A DNA stretch of 60,083 nt, the filler included, from Porpidia crustulata (lineage: Eukaryota): the NCBI GenBank assembly GCA_964255105.1. It is 9 parts of 9 records of this genome, joined end to end, with 100 filler letters (N's around TTAATTAATTAA, not from the genome) between each part and the next. Parts side by side here need not be neighbours in the genome. Positions count along the whole stretch, not along the records: positions 33,487 to 40,064 come from CAXUWE010001505.1; positions 40,165 to 46,740 come from CAXUWE010001506.1; positions 46,841 to 53,413 come from CAXUWE010001507.1; 6 more parts are not named here. One strand, given 5' to 3'. Each line of letters opens with the position of its first letter. Within the stretch, counting starts at the first letter, position 1. Below, piece by piece: positions 37,351 through 48,828 of this stretch. The notes under the pieces are model-generated. The model saw only the letters and a list, made by a program, of their open reading frames with translations. It did not search any database and was not told the origin of the DNA. The position numbers and the translations under genes were made by a program.

Positions 37351-39727
37351 ATGCCGCCTCTTACAGGTCAGCGAGAAGAAAAAAAAACTCCTTTCCGAAC
37401 GCCAGTAAAAGCTAACACACTCCCCTTAGCAGCCGATACCATTCGGATCCTCGTGGCCACCGACAGCCACGTCGGCTTCAACGAGCGCGACCACGTCCGC
37501 GGCGATGACAGCTGGAAAAGCTTTCACGAGGTTATGTGCCTGGCCAAAGAACAGGATGTGGACATGGTGCTGCTCGCCGGGGATCTGTTCCACGAGAACA
37601 AGCCGTCGCGGAAGTCGATGTATCATGTCATGAGATCGCTGCGGATGAATTGTTACGGGGAGAGGCCTTGCGAGTTGGAGATGCTGAGTGATGGGAGTGA
37701 AACGTTTCAAGGGTGCGTGTGTGGGGTTTTTGAGATTCGGAGGTATATGGCTAAAATTTGGATAGGGCGTTTAACCATGTCAATTATCAAGATCCTGATA
37801 TCAATGTCGCCATACCTGTTTTCTCCATACACGGCAACCATGATGACCCGTCAGGGGTACGTTTCATACTCAGGACGAGAGATATCGAGCAGCTCACGTT
37901 TGCTAGGAAGGCCATTTAGCAGCTCTGGACTTACTACAGATCTCTGGGTTGGTCAACTACTATGGACGAACTCCAGAATCCGACAATATACAGATCAAGC
38001 CTGTTCTGCTACAAAAGGGAAACACAAAGCTTGCTCTGTACGGTATGAGCAATGTTAGAGATGAGCGTCTCTTCAGGACGTTCAGAGATGGGAAGGTAAA
38101 ATTCTTCCAACCTGGTGTGCAAAAGGACGATTGGTTTAATCTCATGAGTGTACACCAAAACCAGTAAGTCTGTAAACTTGCTGCCTCAAATTTAGCTCAT
38201 ATATATAGTCACGCGTATACCTCCACAGGATACCTACCAGAGAACTTCCTTCCGGAATTCCTTGATCTAATAGTTTGGGGTCATGAACATGAATGTCTAA
38301 TAAATCCTAGATACAATCCGGAGATGAACTTCCATGTCATGCAACCAGGTTCATCTGTTGCGACTTCACTAATGCCTTGTGAAGCCGTACCAAAACACGT
38401 GGCAGTTCTCAGCGTGACCGGAAAAGACTTCAAAGTGGAAACCATCAGATTGAAGACAGTCAGGTCATTTGTGATGAAGGAGATTGTTCTTGCCGAAGAT
38501 AAGAAAGCGCTGTCTTTCGCGAAGAAGGGAGACAATCGGACTGCGCTGACCCGACATCTTATGGACATTGTTGAGAGCATGATCAAGGAAGCAAGGGACG
38601 AATGGAAGGCAGTACAGGAAGAACCAGATCAAGTTGACGAGGCGGATATACCACTGCCGTTGATTAGACTGAGAGTTGAGTACTCGGCACCAGAAGGAGG
38701 GGCTTTTGATTGTGAAAATCCGCAACGATTTTCAAATCGATTCATTGACAAGGTTGCCAATCTTAACGATGTTGTGCAATTCTACCGCAAAAAGGCTGGA
38801 AGCGGCCGAAAAGCGCAGAATGGGGCAGATTTACCTGATGAGTCTGTCTTGGCTCAGCTTTCCATTGACTCGGTCAAGGTGGAAAAACTCGTCCGAGAGT
38901 TTCTAACCGCTCAATCGCTGACCATTCTACCCCAAAATTCTTTTGGTGATGCAGTCAGCCAATTTGTGGACAAAGACGACAAGCATGCAATGGAGATGTT
39001 TGTGGATGAAAGTCTCACGAATCAAGTCAAGCACCTGATGAGCATAGATGAGGTCGATGAAGACGAGATTTTGGCAGCGCTGGACCAGAACAAGTCTCAT
39101 CTTGAGAAGCTCTTTGCAGCTGGACTACTTAAAACAGCAAGGCGAGCTAAACGTAAGCCTCGCCCTCAGAATTGGGACTCGGAAATGGATGGGGCTTGGA
39201 GTGATGATCCGGCGTCAATCATTCGTTCGGAAGATGAGGAGGCTGAGGATGCTGAGGAAGCTCCAGCACCACCAGCCAAGGGAAGAGGAAAGGCAGCAGC
39301 AGCAGCAGCGACAAAGAGGAAGCCAGCACCAGCGAAGAAAGCAGCCCCCACCAAGACTGGTCGGAGGAAAAAGAAGGTTGTCGAGGACGAGAGTGAAGAG
39401 GAGGAGGAAGAAGACGTAGTGATGGTTGACAACGATGAAGAGGAAGAAACGAATTTGTTCGTGAGCCAAGAGCCTCCGACGCAAGTTACAAAGAAGGCAG
39501 CCCCAGCCAAAAAGTCAGCTCCTCCAGTGAAGCGTGCACCTGCTCGAGGCGCTGCAGCCAAGTCGGCGAAGCAGAGCAAGCTTGATTTCTCTCAGGCACC
39601 CAGCCAGGCCACGGCCAGAGCGAAGCAGGCGCAAGAGGTCAACGATGATGAGATTTCCGACGATGATGATGCTTTTGAACCGGCGCCGTCGATGGGAACG
39701 GTGAGGTCCACGAGGAGTCGGAGGTGA
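37351..39727 (+). CDS. MRE11: Double-strand break repair nuclease Mre11
   Basis: Phosphoesterase motifs [38 protein letters not shown] and [29 protein letters not shown]; four introns. Confidence 0.98.
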
Positions 39728-39778
39728 TGAAGCAACGAAACATGGACGAATTCTGAATGGCAGATGCAAAGGGGTAGT

Positions 39779-39816
39779 TGGGCTTGGGCTTGGGCTTGGG
39801 CTTGGGTTTGGGCTTG
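39779..39816. repeat. (GGGCTT)n microsatellite in the MRE11 3' region
   Basis: About 6 tandem TGGGCT units. Confidence 0.9.
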
Positions 39817-41535
39817 GAGGTTGAAAGTAGGTTAAGTGGATGAATGATTGACTTGCTCTGCAGCGCAGCTTTGCAATCTACCGGATTTTCCAGCATGAGA
39901 GGCGGTTATCCATTACTACACATGGCTGTTTTGTGTGCGAAGCCCTGGAGCCGATGTTGGGATATGCTGTGGACATACCTTATCCTTTTTACTGGACCAG
40001 AGACAGCAGCTGAGTCTGACGAATGAAAGTCACAGATCTTGATAGCTGGCGCTGGGGGAGGGGGNNNNNNNNNNNNNNNNNNNNNNNNNNNNNNNNNNNN
40101 NNNNNNNNTTAATTAATTAANNNNNNNNNNNNNNNNNNNNNNNNNNNNNNNNNNNNNNNNNNNNTGTGGGGGGGTTTTGCGTTGGGGTGGCGGTCCTTAT
40201 TTGTGGGTGGGGGGCGGCCCGTAATTTTGAGGGGGCGGTGGCCCGTAACCCTGCTGTGGTGGATACCCTCCGTGAGATTGTCCTGGGAAAAAAGACATTT
40301 TGGGGCTTTCAGGTAAGACCTCGGGAGGCCTCTGAAGCCAGTTGGTGACCCTGACTTCAGTCCGACTTCAATTAGCGGTAAAGGAGTACTTGTGTCAGTG
40401 CAACAATGGACTCGGATATCGAATCCGCCTTGGCACCTTCCAGCGCGCTCCGCTTTTTGATTCCCTGGTCTCTACAGAGAGGTGAACTTCTCTCGGTGGT
40501 AAGAAGGAATTAGCTCAGTATTGTGAGTAGCGAACCCGGTTGAAGAGACTTGATCCGGAATTTGTGTATTCGGTATTAGATACCCTAATGCCGTATGAGC
40601 GTATCAAGTAGTGTATGTATCGTAAGATTGATCAACTCCCCACTGATTGGCTATCTAAGCGCGATTACCTATGCTCTTGATCCTCACGTGTTTAAAACAC
40701 ACATTGCTCAAATCCACGAGGCAGCTGAAGCTCTTCGGGTGCTGAACTCCCAGCATCAGATACATCAGCAGCCGCAACTCGAACATCTATCTGGTCCGGC
40801 TTCTGTTACCCTTGCGGAGTTGAATCCTATAAACTCAATGACAAAAGTCACAGCAGAAGCATTCTCCAAACGCGACAATTGTAAGCGCACAGTCATTTTG
40901 TAGTAGACTTTCATTGGCAACGAACCACATCTGTGCGTTTCAATTGTGCGGAGGATTCGTTCGCCTGGAAACCTTCCCGGCGGGAGAAAAGCAAACCACT
41001 ACACCATTATACCAGCGCCATTAGGAATCGAACCTAATCTGATTATAACTAAACAGCTCACGCAGGGCATCTATGAGGTTCTTGTACTACTATTTTTACT
41101 GTTTCTATTACAGCAGTTTCCACGCTCGCATTTCCCTTTTCACGGTGGGAAACTGGTTCTCTAAAACATGGTAATTAGTCCGTGATTGCCGAATAACCAT
41201 TACCATGGTTCCTGATCAGAGGCCCACTGCTTGTACGGTCTACCTTGGTGTCTGCTTCGTCTCATAGGGTTGCTCATAGTGTTTGAGTTCGGATTTCAAC
41301 TTTGATAGACCCAACACCAAATCCTGCTGATGCAGCAATGTAGGTAGTGTTGCCGTACCTTATGTGACTCATTACTGTGTCTCGGAACTGACTCGATGAT
41401 TTATTGCATTCATATCTCCTTCCTTTCTTCATTCTTGACTTGTACAAACATATATAACCCAGCTGCGGGCTTCATCTCTAATTGATCAACTCTCAATATT
41501 TGTGAACAAAGTTCTTTCTGCACTTGTGAGCCAAA

Positions 41536-42975
41536 ATGCCTAAATCTTTCTTCGACCTTCCATGGGAGCTGCGGCACTTAGTCTGTCGGTCGGTCCTTCC
41601 AATCCGAACGGACGACTTTGGGAACCTTCCGGTCGTTGATACACACCTCACACTTGTATATAGGAAGTGGGCACTCAAAAAGTCTCCGAGGCACCCTGAT
41701 TTCTGTCCGCCTTCGCAAAAGATACCCGGAAGCTAAGGTGCCAGTCTCTTAAAAACCTGCCGTCAAATGAACCAGGATGTCGCGCCCCTTGTTTACGGCC
41801 AACAGCAATTTCTCTTCTATACGCCGACTGAAGCATTGAAATGGCTGATCCGCATCGGGCGCTGTAACTGGTCTTACATACATCATGTCATGCTCGGAGA
41901 GGCCCACTTACCTAAAGACGTTGAGCATACATGCCTAGGAAGAGGCAAGCCTGGCAAGGAAGCTAATCCCAAGACTCATTCTGTGACGTGGGAACACGTA
42001 CTGAGGAACATGCCTAACTTGAAAACTTTGGAATGCGGGACAACAGTGAGCATAATACATCGTTACGACAAGCGTCCAGAGCCCCACTGCCACCACGTGC
42101 GTGCACATAGTAGTCCTCGGATTCCGAACAAAATCCAATCACTACGTATTGGTTATTTCGGTCTGAGCGGCTTCTCATGGTGCTCCTCGTCGATTTCAGA
42201 GAAGAGCCTCGGTCAGGACCTCCATGAATTGAAGCACTTGTCCATTCGTTGCAACCAAAGTTCACAGAGAACGGCGTCTAGACTACCAGATAATTTCTTC
42301 ACTCAGTTTAGCCCTCTGCAGAGCTTTGATTGGCGCGGACAACTTTTCCGCAAACCAATCATCGAGAATTTCATCGGGCGCCACGGCTCGACGTTACGTT
42401 CCCTCGACTTGTGATTTGACTGGATCAGTGCCTGCGGATCAAGTTCCACTTACCAAGAAGGGGACCCAGCATACTTTTGGGGAGATCCTACACACATGTA
42501 TGAGGCTCTCGCAGACTTATTTGGCGGCTTGTCCGTCCTGACGTCTCTGCGAATGAGATACGTAAAGCTCGGCTCCAGAGTGATTCACACACTTCCTTTA
42601 ACCCTCAAAGTCCTCGATGGTTACTTTTCCGATGTAGGTAAAGAGAGCTGGGACGATAGCATTTGGAGCTTATCAGAGGTGTGTCTGGATCTACGACGCT
42701 TGCGAATAGATGTTCACGGCCATCCATCACCGTATCGGCGAAAACTCAGTTGGCATAAAGCAATCGAGAACATGACTCTGAGGGGTATCGAGGTTGTTTG
42801 CCCAAGCTGCATAATCTCCAAATGTACGTCTTCTGGCCCCGACCGAGACGCCGACGAGTCCAAAGAGTGGAGTTGTAGCGACTGGCAATGGGATTCTACT
42901 ACTGTCTACAATCGTGGGATCGGCATGGAAACTTCCTGGCAGTATCATGAAAATGAATACCGCTGGACTGGTTGA
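41536..42975 (+). pseudogene. F-box-like/LRR-like fungal protein with in-frame stops
   Basis: FFDLPWELR start, LLKTCRQ...PLVYG..F.F motif and LxxLxxL repeats. The three ORF pieces share one frame and are separated by TAA (41734-41736) and TGA (42412-42414). The first stop could lie in a weak intron; I found no phase-compatible intron for the second. Confidence 0.55.
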
Positions 42976-43739
42976 ACGCTAGGTCTGTTATTCTTATCAT
43001 TATTTTGGGTGGCACTACAGTGGTTCCTGCTGCACTGTATTTCTACCTTCACTGGATGGTGAAGACTTTGCGCCGACTGAGATGCACAATCTTGACCTAG
43101 AACAAATTGCGCACGCACTTATTGTTTGCTAATCCACCATGAAAAGCGGGCAATAGCAAATGGGTATGCGGGTGGCTGGACGTCTTTACGGATCAAACTT
43201 GACTCGAACAGCTCCGGATCTTTGTGTTGATGAAGTGTATAACCAAAGCAGTATGCATTAGATTTTCTACCAATGCTCTGTAAATTCGAAACCTTGTATC
43301 TAGAATTTCAATGGCGTGTCTATGATAGAAAAGCATAGAGGAGCCTTCTGAGTATCATACGTATTTTCTCTGAATGGTACCTCATGCTAGTTGACTAGAT
43401 ACTCGCACTTAGGAGGCGATCTTTGCCGCGCGGCTGGTGGATTTTTGCCACGAACATCAGACATTAGAAGTGGGTAGAGTAAAGTAGATCTTGTCTTTCA
43501 TACATTTAGCTGATTATTCGACTTCCTTATCCACAACTTGCTAGAGCCTCTCAAATATGTGATTTTAGGTTGACTGCCTTAGTCATGTCATGTTGAGATT
43601 CGTCAGCAGTCAGCCGATTAAGAAGGTAGCGAGCTGCAGTCCAGTCGTTGCTGCATAATGATGACTACCCAAAGGCATCAAAGTAAAATCTCTTTCCTCT
43701 TCCCGATAATTGTATCCTTTCAGCGAGACCAAATACAAG

Positions 43740-44947
43740 ATGGAAGCGGCAACGTCAGGTATTCCGATCGTTGACTTTGGAGGATGGGCGACATCTACAC
43801 CAGAGCAAAAGTCTCTTATGGCTTCTCAGTTGATTGATGCTTGCAAGGACGTTGGCTTTGTCTACATCATAAATCATAAGATCTCACCAGACAGACTAGC
43901 TCAAGCGTTTGACTGGTCGAAGCGACTTTTTGATCTCAAACATGAAGAAAAGATGCTTGCGCCTCATCCAAGCGGATCCGCTGTCCACCGCGGATACTCG
44001 TGGCCTGGTCTCGAGAAAGTTTCAAATGCCATGGGAGACGAGAAGGATCCAGACCTTACCGCTAAGTTACGACAGGTCTCGGACGTCAAGGTATGTGCGA
44101 TTTTTGACGAGGTATATTGAGTGGTCTGACTGTAGTAGGAAAGTTACGAAGTTGGGAGTGAAAAGAATGACAACCAACCTAATGTCTGGCTCCCTGAAAT
44201 GGTTCTCCCTGGATTTCGAAAATTTATGAATGACTTTTACTGGGAATGTAATGAGAACGCCAAGATGCTTTTGAGAGCTATGGCGATTGGTATAGGCCTC
44301 GAGAATGAGGAATACTTCCTGAGGACGCATTCGGGCAACAACAATCAGCTCCGGCTACTTCACTATCCTCCAGTCCCAGCAGCCGAAATTGAGGGCAAAT
44401 CCATGTCGAGAATGCCGGCCCACTGTGATTGGCCGACACTCACTATGTTGTTCCAAGACGAATGTGGAGGTCTCGAGGTAAACTGCCTTCAAATTATATC
44501 AGTCTCCAGCTAAGCCTCCCAAGGTCGAGAACCCGCACAAGAAGGGGGAGTTCATCACCGCCCCGCCTTTGAAAAATGCTATAATCATGAATGTTGGCGA
44601 CCTCCTACAGCGATGGAGCAATGGTGAGGATCATGACTTGATCTCGCGATTACTACTGCGATTTAATTCTAATCCTCGAATCAGATACCCTCAAGTCGAC
44701 TATGCATCGCGTTGGCTTACCCCCACGCAAAGACCGTTATACAGGTGATGATCGAATGACCCAAGCACGGTATTCTATACCGTACTTTGTCTCACCGGAA
44801 GGACCGACAATAGTTGAGTGTCTCCCGAGCTGCGTAGATGTGGAACATCCTGCCAAACACAAACCTATCCGTTGGAACGATTATATGCTCATGCGGGCAA
44901 GCATGCAATACGAAGATAAACCAGCTTCAGTCGAAGTCTTGGGCTGA
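43740..44947 (+). CDS. 2-oxoglutarate/Fe(II)-dependent dioxygenase (IPNS/thymine-dioxygenase-like, DIOX_N)
   Basis: IPIVDF, ACKDVGFVYIINH, HRGYS..GLEKVS, LRLLHYP, HCD iron motif, NVGDLLQRWSN, STMHRV and RYSIPYF; three introns. Confidence 0.93.
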
Positions 44948-45749
44948 GTGGGGAAACATGCCCCTGAGCACGCTTCATTGGTAGTCGTTCTAAGTCTAAA
45001 AACTCCAGCACATCATTGAGTTGTATTTGGAAATGAGAGAAGTGATGTTCAGTGCAAGCGTCCCACATGATGGGGACCGTGGTCTCAGATGAGGATTATT
45101 TCCTCTCCTCTCGATTCACTACTGCTTGAATGACTGAAACACGTACTTATTTACAGGCTTGAGAAGGGCTAACCATTGTTTCGATAGTGTTCTGTGAATG
45201 ATGTTCACTTTCAAAATTTCGATTCTCATCACACCGTTTCAATTACTGATGCTTGGACATCTGGAGCAGCTGTTACGCAACAATTTGGAGGAAACAGTTT
45301 TCGTGGAGATGGCCTCATGAGGCAAGTCTTCATGAAGTTCCATCACTTACAGGATATATTTGGAAAGGGTTACTCAAATCGCAATGCAGTCATCGACGTG
45401 CTACTGCTCTTACAATTACTATTATTTCTACTACTTACAACACTTTTGCTTTGTCGCTCCTTTATTAGCATCACAATACAATACATCTTTTGAACAATAA
45501 CAGTTGTTCTATGAAAGATACTCCCGTCAAACAAGCAAAGCTATTGTCAGACGTTTCTTTCTTCTCCTTATTTCTTTGTTATTGGGTTTGAAGATATTCG
45601 ACAACTTTGCTAAAGAACAATGCGAAATTGACCCTCTATTGTCTTTCCTCATTTATTCTGTGACTCGATCTTTCAGGCAAAGATTACTACATTCTTTTGA
45701 GTGAACGAAACCACAAATCAACCAAAAAATTCACGCAAGCAACCTCAAA

Positions 45750-46740
45750 ATGTCTCTTCGCAGACTTACCGCGCTGGTCGCCAGTACCACCCTCATCACC
45801 TCAAGCATAGCTGGCTATGCCCTCACTGATGACTACTCTGGCGATAACTTCTTCAGCAAGTTCAACCACTTCACCGACGCTGATCCCACCAACGGCTTTG
45901 TCAAATATCTCGACCACAATATCGCTGCCAAGCAATCCCTGATCGGCATGGTCGCCAAGGAGAACAACTCCGTCTATATCGGCGTCGACTACAACTCTAC
46001 TCTCACTCCCGGTGGTGGCGCCGGTCGCTCTTCCGTCCGCCTCACTTCCATAAAATCATACAACCACGGCCTCTTCATCGCAGACATCCTTCACATGCCA
46101 TATGCCTGCGGCGTATGGCCCGCCATGTGGCTCCTCGGCCAGCAAGAATGGCCGCAAGGCGGCGAAATCGACATTGTCGAAGGCGTCAATCTCGCTGGCA
46201 ACAACAGCATGACGCTGCACACTACCGCTGGTTGCGCCATCCAGAACACCGGCTTCTCTGGCAACGCGACCACCACCAACTGCGACATCAAAGACCCCGG
46301 CCAGCCCGAGAACGCCGGCTGCGGGATCTCGGCCAAGGAACCCAATTCCTTTGGTGAGCGCTTCAACGCCAACCGCGGCGGCGTCTACGCGACCGAATGG
46401 ACCTCGCACGCCATCAAAATCTGGTTCTTCCCCCGCCAACAGATCCCCGCCGACATCGCCGCGGGTAACACCCCGGACCCGAGCAAGTGGGGCCAGCCCA
46501 CGGCCCAGTTCGCGGGCGCCTGCGACATCGACAAGCACTTCGTCAACCACAACCTCATCTTCAACACGGCCTTTTGCGGGCAGTGGGCTGGGCGCGTGTG
46601 GAAGGAGGGCGCGTGCGCGGCCAAGGCGGCGACGTGCGAGGAGTACGTGGCGAAGAATCCGCAGGCGATGAGCGAGGCGTATTGGTTGGTTAGGGGGGTG
46701 AGGGTTTATGAGGATAAGGTGAAGGTGGGGGGAATGAGGG
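45750..46740 (+). CDS. GH16 endo-1,3(4)-beta-glucanase, secreted (stop codon lost at contig end)
   Basis: Signal peptide, DPTNGFVKY, GRSSVRL, CGVWPAMW, catalytic GEIDIVEG, GGVYATEW and FCGQWAG. Confidence 0.95.
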
Positions 46741-47496
46741 NNNNNNNNNNNNNNNNNNNNNNNNNNNNNNNNNNNNNNNNNNNNTTAATTAATTAANNNN
46801 NNNNNNNNNNNNNNNNNNNNNNNNNNNNNNNNNNNNNNNNCCGCTAAGGTTAGCGCTAAGCCCCTTTGGGAAGTTGGGGAAGCGGGATCGTAACAGTAAT
46901 AGTTTTTTAATTTATTTCATTAATAGTTAAATTATAATTTATCTATTAATTAAATAGTAGTAAATTAAGATTGAAAAAACATTTTATTTAAAAAGATCGA
47001 AAATTAAATTCGATTTAAGCGTCATGATTCGAGCGCTCGAGTCACTTGTCTTTAAGTCACGTGAGTCTCGATCCGTGCGTCATCTCTTGATGCGCCGAGC
47101 CCTCCCGCGCTAGGGTCCTATAAGGGGGCTTGTGCTACGACCACCCCTAGGGGTATTGGTTTACCCGGGTGAGGAAGCTAGGTGGGGTGGGCGCAATCCA
47201 CATGAGGGGCGCAATACCCAACTGCACCACCTAAAAGGCGAAATACCAAGTTGGAAGACTTGGTCCAATACTATTAGATATGGTGGGTATGGCCGTAACA
47301 GCTTGGGAGGTCTGATCGTGACAGTTCTTTCGATTCTTTAATAAATTAATGAATTAGTCATCTTCCGCATCTGAAAGAATATAAATTTCGACTAATGCCC
47401 GAACATCCTAATGACTGCTTCATCATTAGCTTAAAGGGAATATACGATTGAAAATTACTCTTTTGCACGAGACCTAACATTCTCGGAAGGCTTAGA

Positions 47497-48395
47497 ATGC
47501 AGGTCAGCAAACACTACAGTGACTTGGCCGAGGTGCCATGGGATATTCAGAAGTTGTGACAGGCATAGTAACCTAGGGATTCTGCTTATCTATTCAGATA
47601 TTTCCATCAGCGTTACAGCATATTTTCCAAATACGACGAAGGGGTATGGATGACAGATGACGCGTGGTTTGGCGTAACGCCAGAACCTGTCGCAGAGTAT
47701 GGTAAGGTGTTGTAAGTTTGTGATATTCTTGCTGATTGTATGAAAGGAAAATAGCACAGCACTTCGTCGAAGCAGCTCCAAAGGACAAGTCTATTATGAT
47801 CGACTGCTTTTCTGGTGTTGGTGGCAATGCTATAGCATTTGCCAACTCTAATCGGTGGAACAGAGTTTATGCCATTGAAAAAGATCCTGATGTGCTTGCT
47901 TGCGCTAAGCACAATGCGAAAATCTATGGATGTCAAGATAAGATATCGTGGTATGAAGGTGATTGCTTCGCCGTATTGTTGCGAAGAGAATTCGAGGGAT
48001 TGAGGACGGAAAGTGTTGTCTTTGCTAGTCCTCCTTGGGGTGGTCAGTAAACGAAGGATCGGTAACAATTTTCCATCTTCTAACTACCCTAGGTCCTGGC
48101 TATCGATCTGACATCGTCTTTGATCTCTCGAAGATGACACCGTATTCATTGTCGGATCTATTAGGGCCTCTAAGAGAAATAACCGACGACATTGCATTGT
48201 ATTTACCACGAACTTCTGATCTTCGGCAACTGAGGACGTCAGCTGACAAAAATGAGCAAATCAAAGCTGTCCACTATTGCATGGCTGGTGCAAGTAAGGT
48301 ACTAAATCTAGTCATTCTACGGTCTCACAACTTCTAAAAAGCTAAAGTAGGCGCTTTGCATATATTTTGGGGGCCTCGCTATGGTTCGAAGTTAG
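47497..48395 (+). CDS. TGS1: Trimethylguanosine synthase Tgs1
   Basis: VPWDIQK/YFHQRYSIFSKYDEGVWMTDDAWFGVTPEPVA, SAM motif IDCFSGVGGNAIAFA, FASPPWGG/PGY, LYLPRTSD and HYCM.GASK/ALCIYFG; four introns. The start may lie further upstream. Confidence 0.93.
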
Positions 48396-48828
48396 GTGAT
48401 ACATGGCATGGTGAGGAGTGTGATAGTCAGGCAAATCGTAGAATCCTGTCACTGTGTATGGCATTATCTGGTAAAGGCTCACCTGCATTGATCAACTCAA
48501 TTTTAATATTTGATTTCTTAGTGCTAGGGTAGACCTGTAAGGCGCTCATGACTCATCTCACTCTTCATCACGACCTTACTTATTCGTTCTCACCCCTGAA
48601 CGAAACAGCAGACCTGGGGTTAGGGTTGTTATCACTAGTTTGCGCCTAATTGTTCCGTTGAGGGGAGTATTCGAGCTTTGATTAAGCGCTCAATCCTAAG
48701 CGCAACGAAGATTATTGGGTCCTTGTAACAACCACTTTGCAGATATACATTCCAAGCCGTCCACGTCCACATCTTGAGTCTCTCGCCAGGGATTAGATTG
48801 CTCCTGTTAGCCAACGAGTAAAGGCAAC

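Noticed and set aside
7641..42414. TGA codon reassignment or selenocysteine as the explanation for in-frame TGAs
   Set aside because: TGA terminates intact genes here (MRE11, RIB5, dioxygenase). The internal TGAs align to different residues (Arg, Trp) and co-occur with TAG, TAA and frameshifts.
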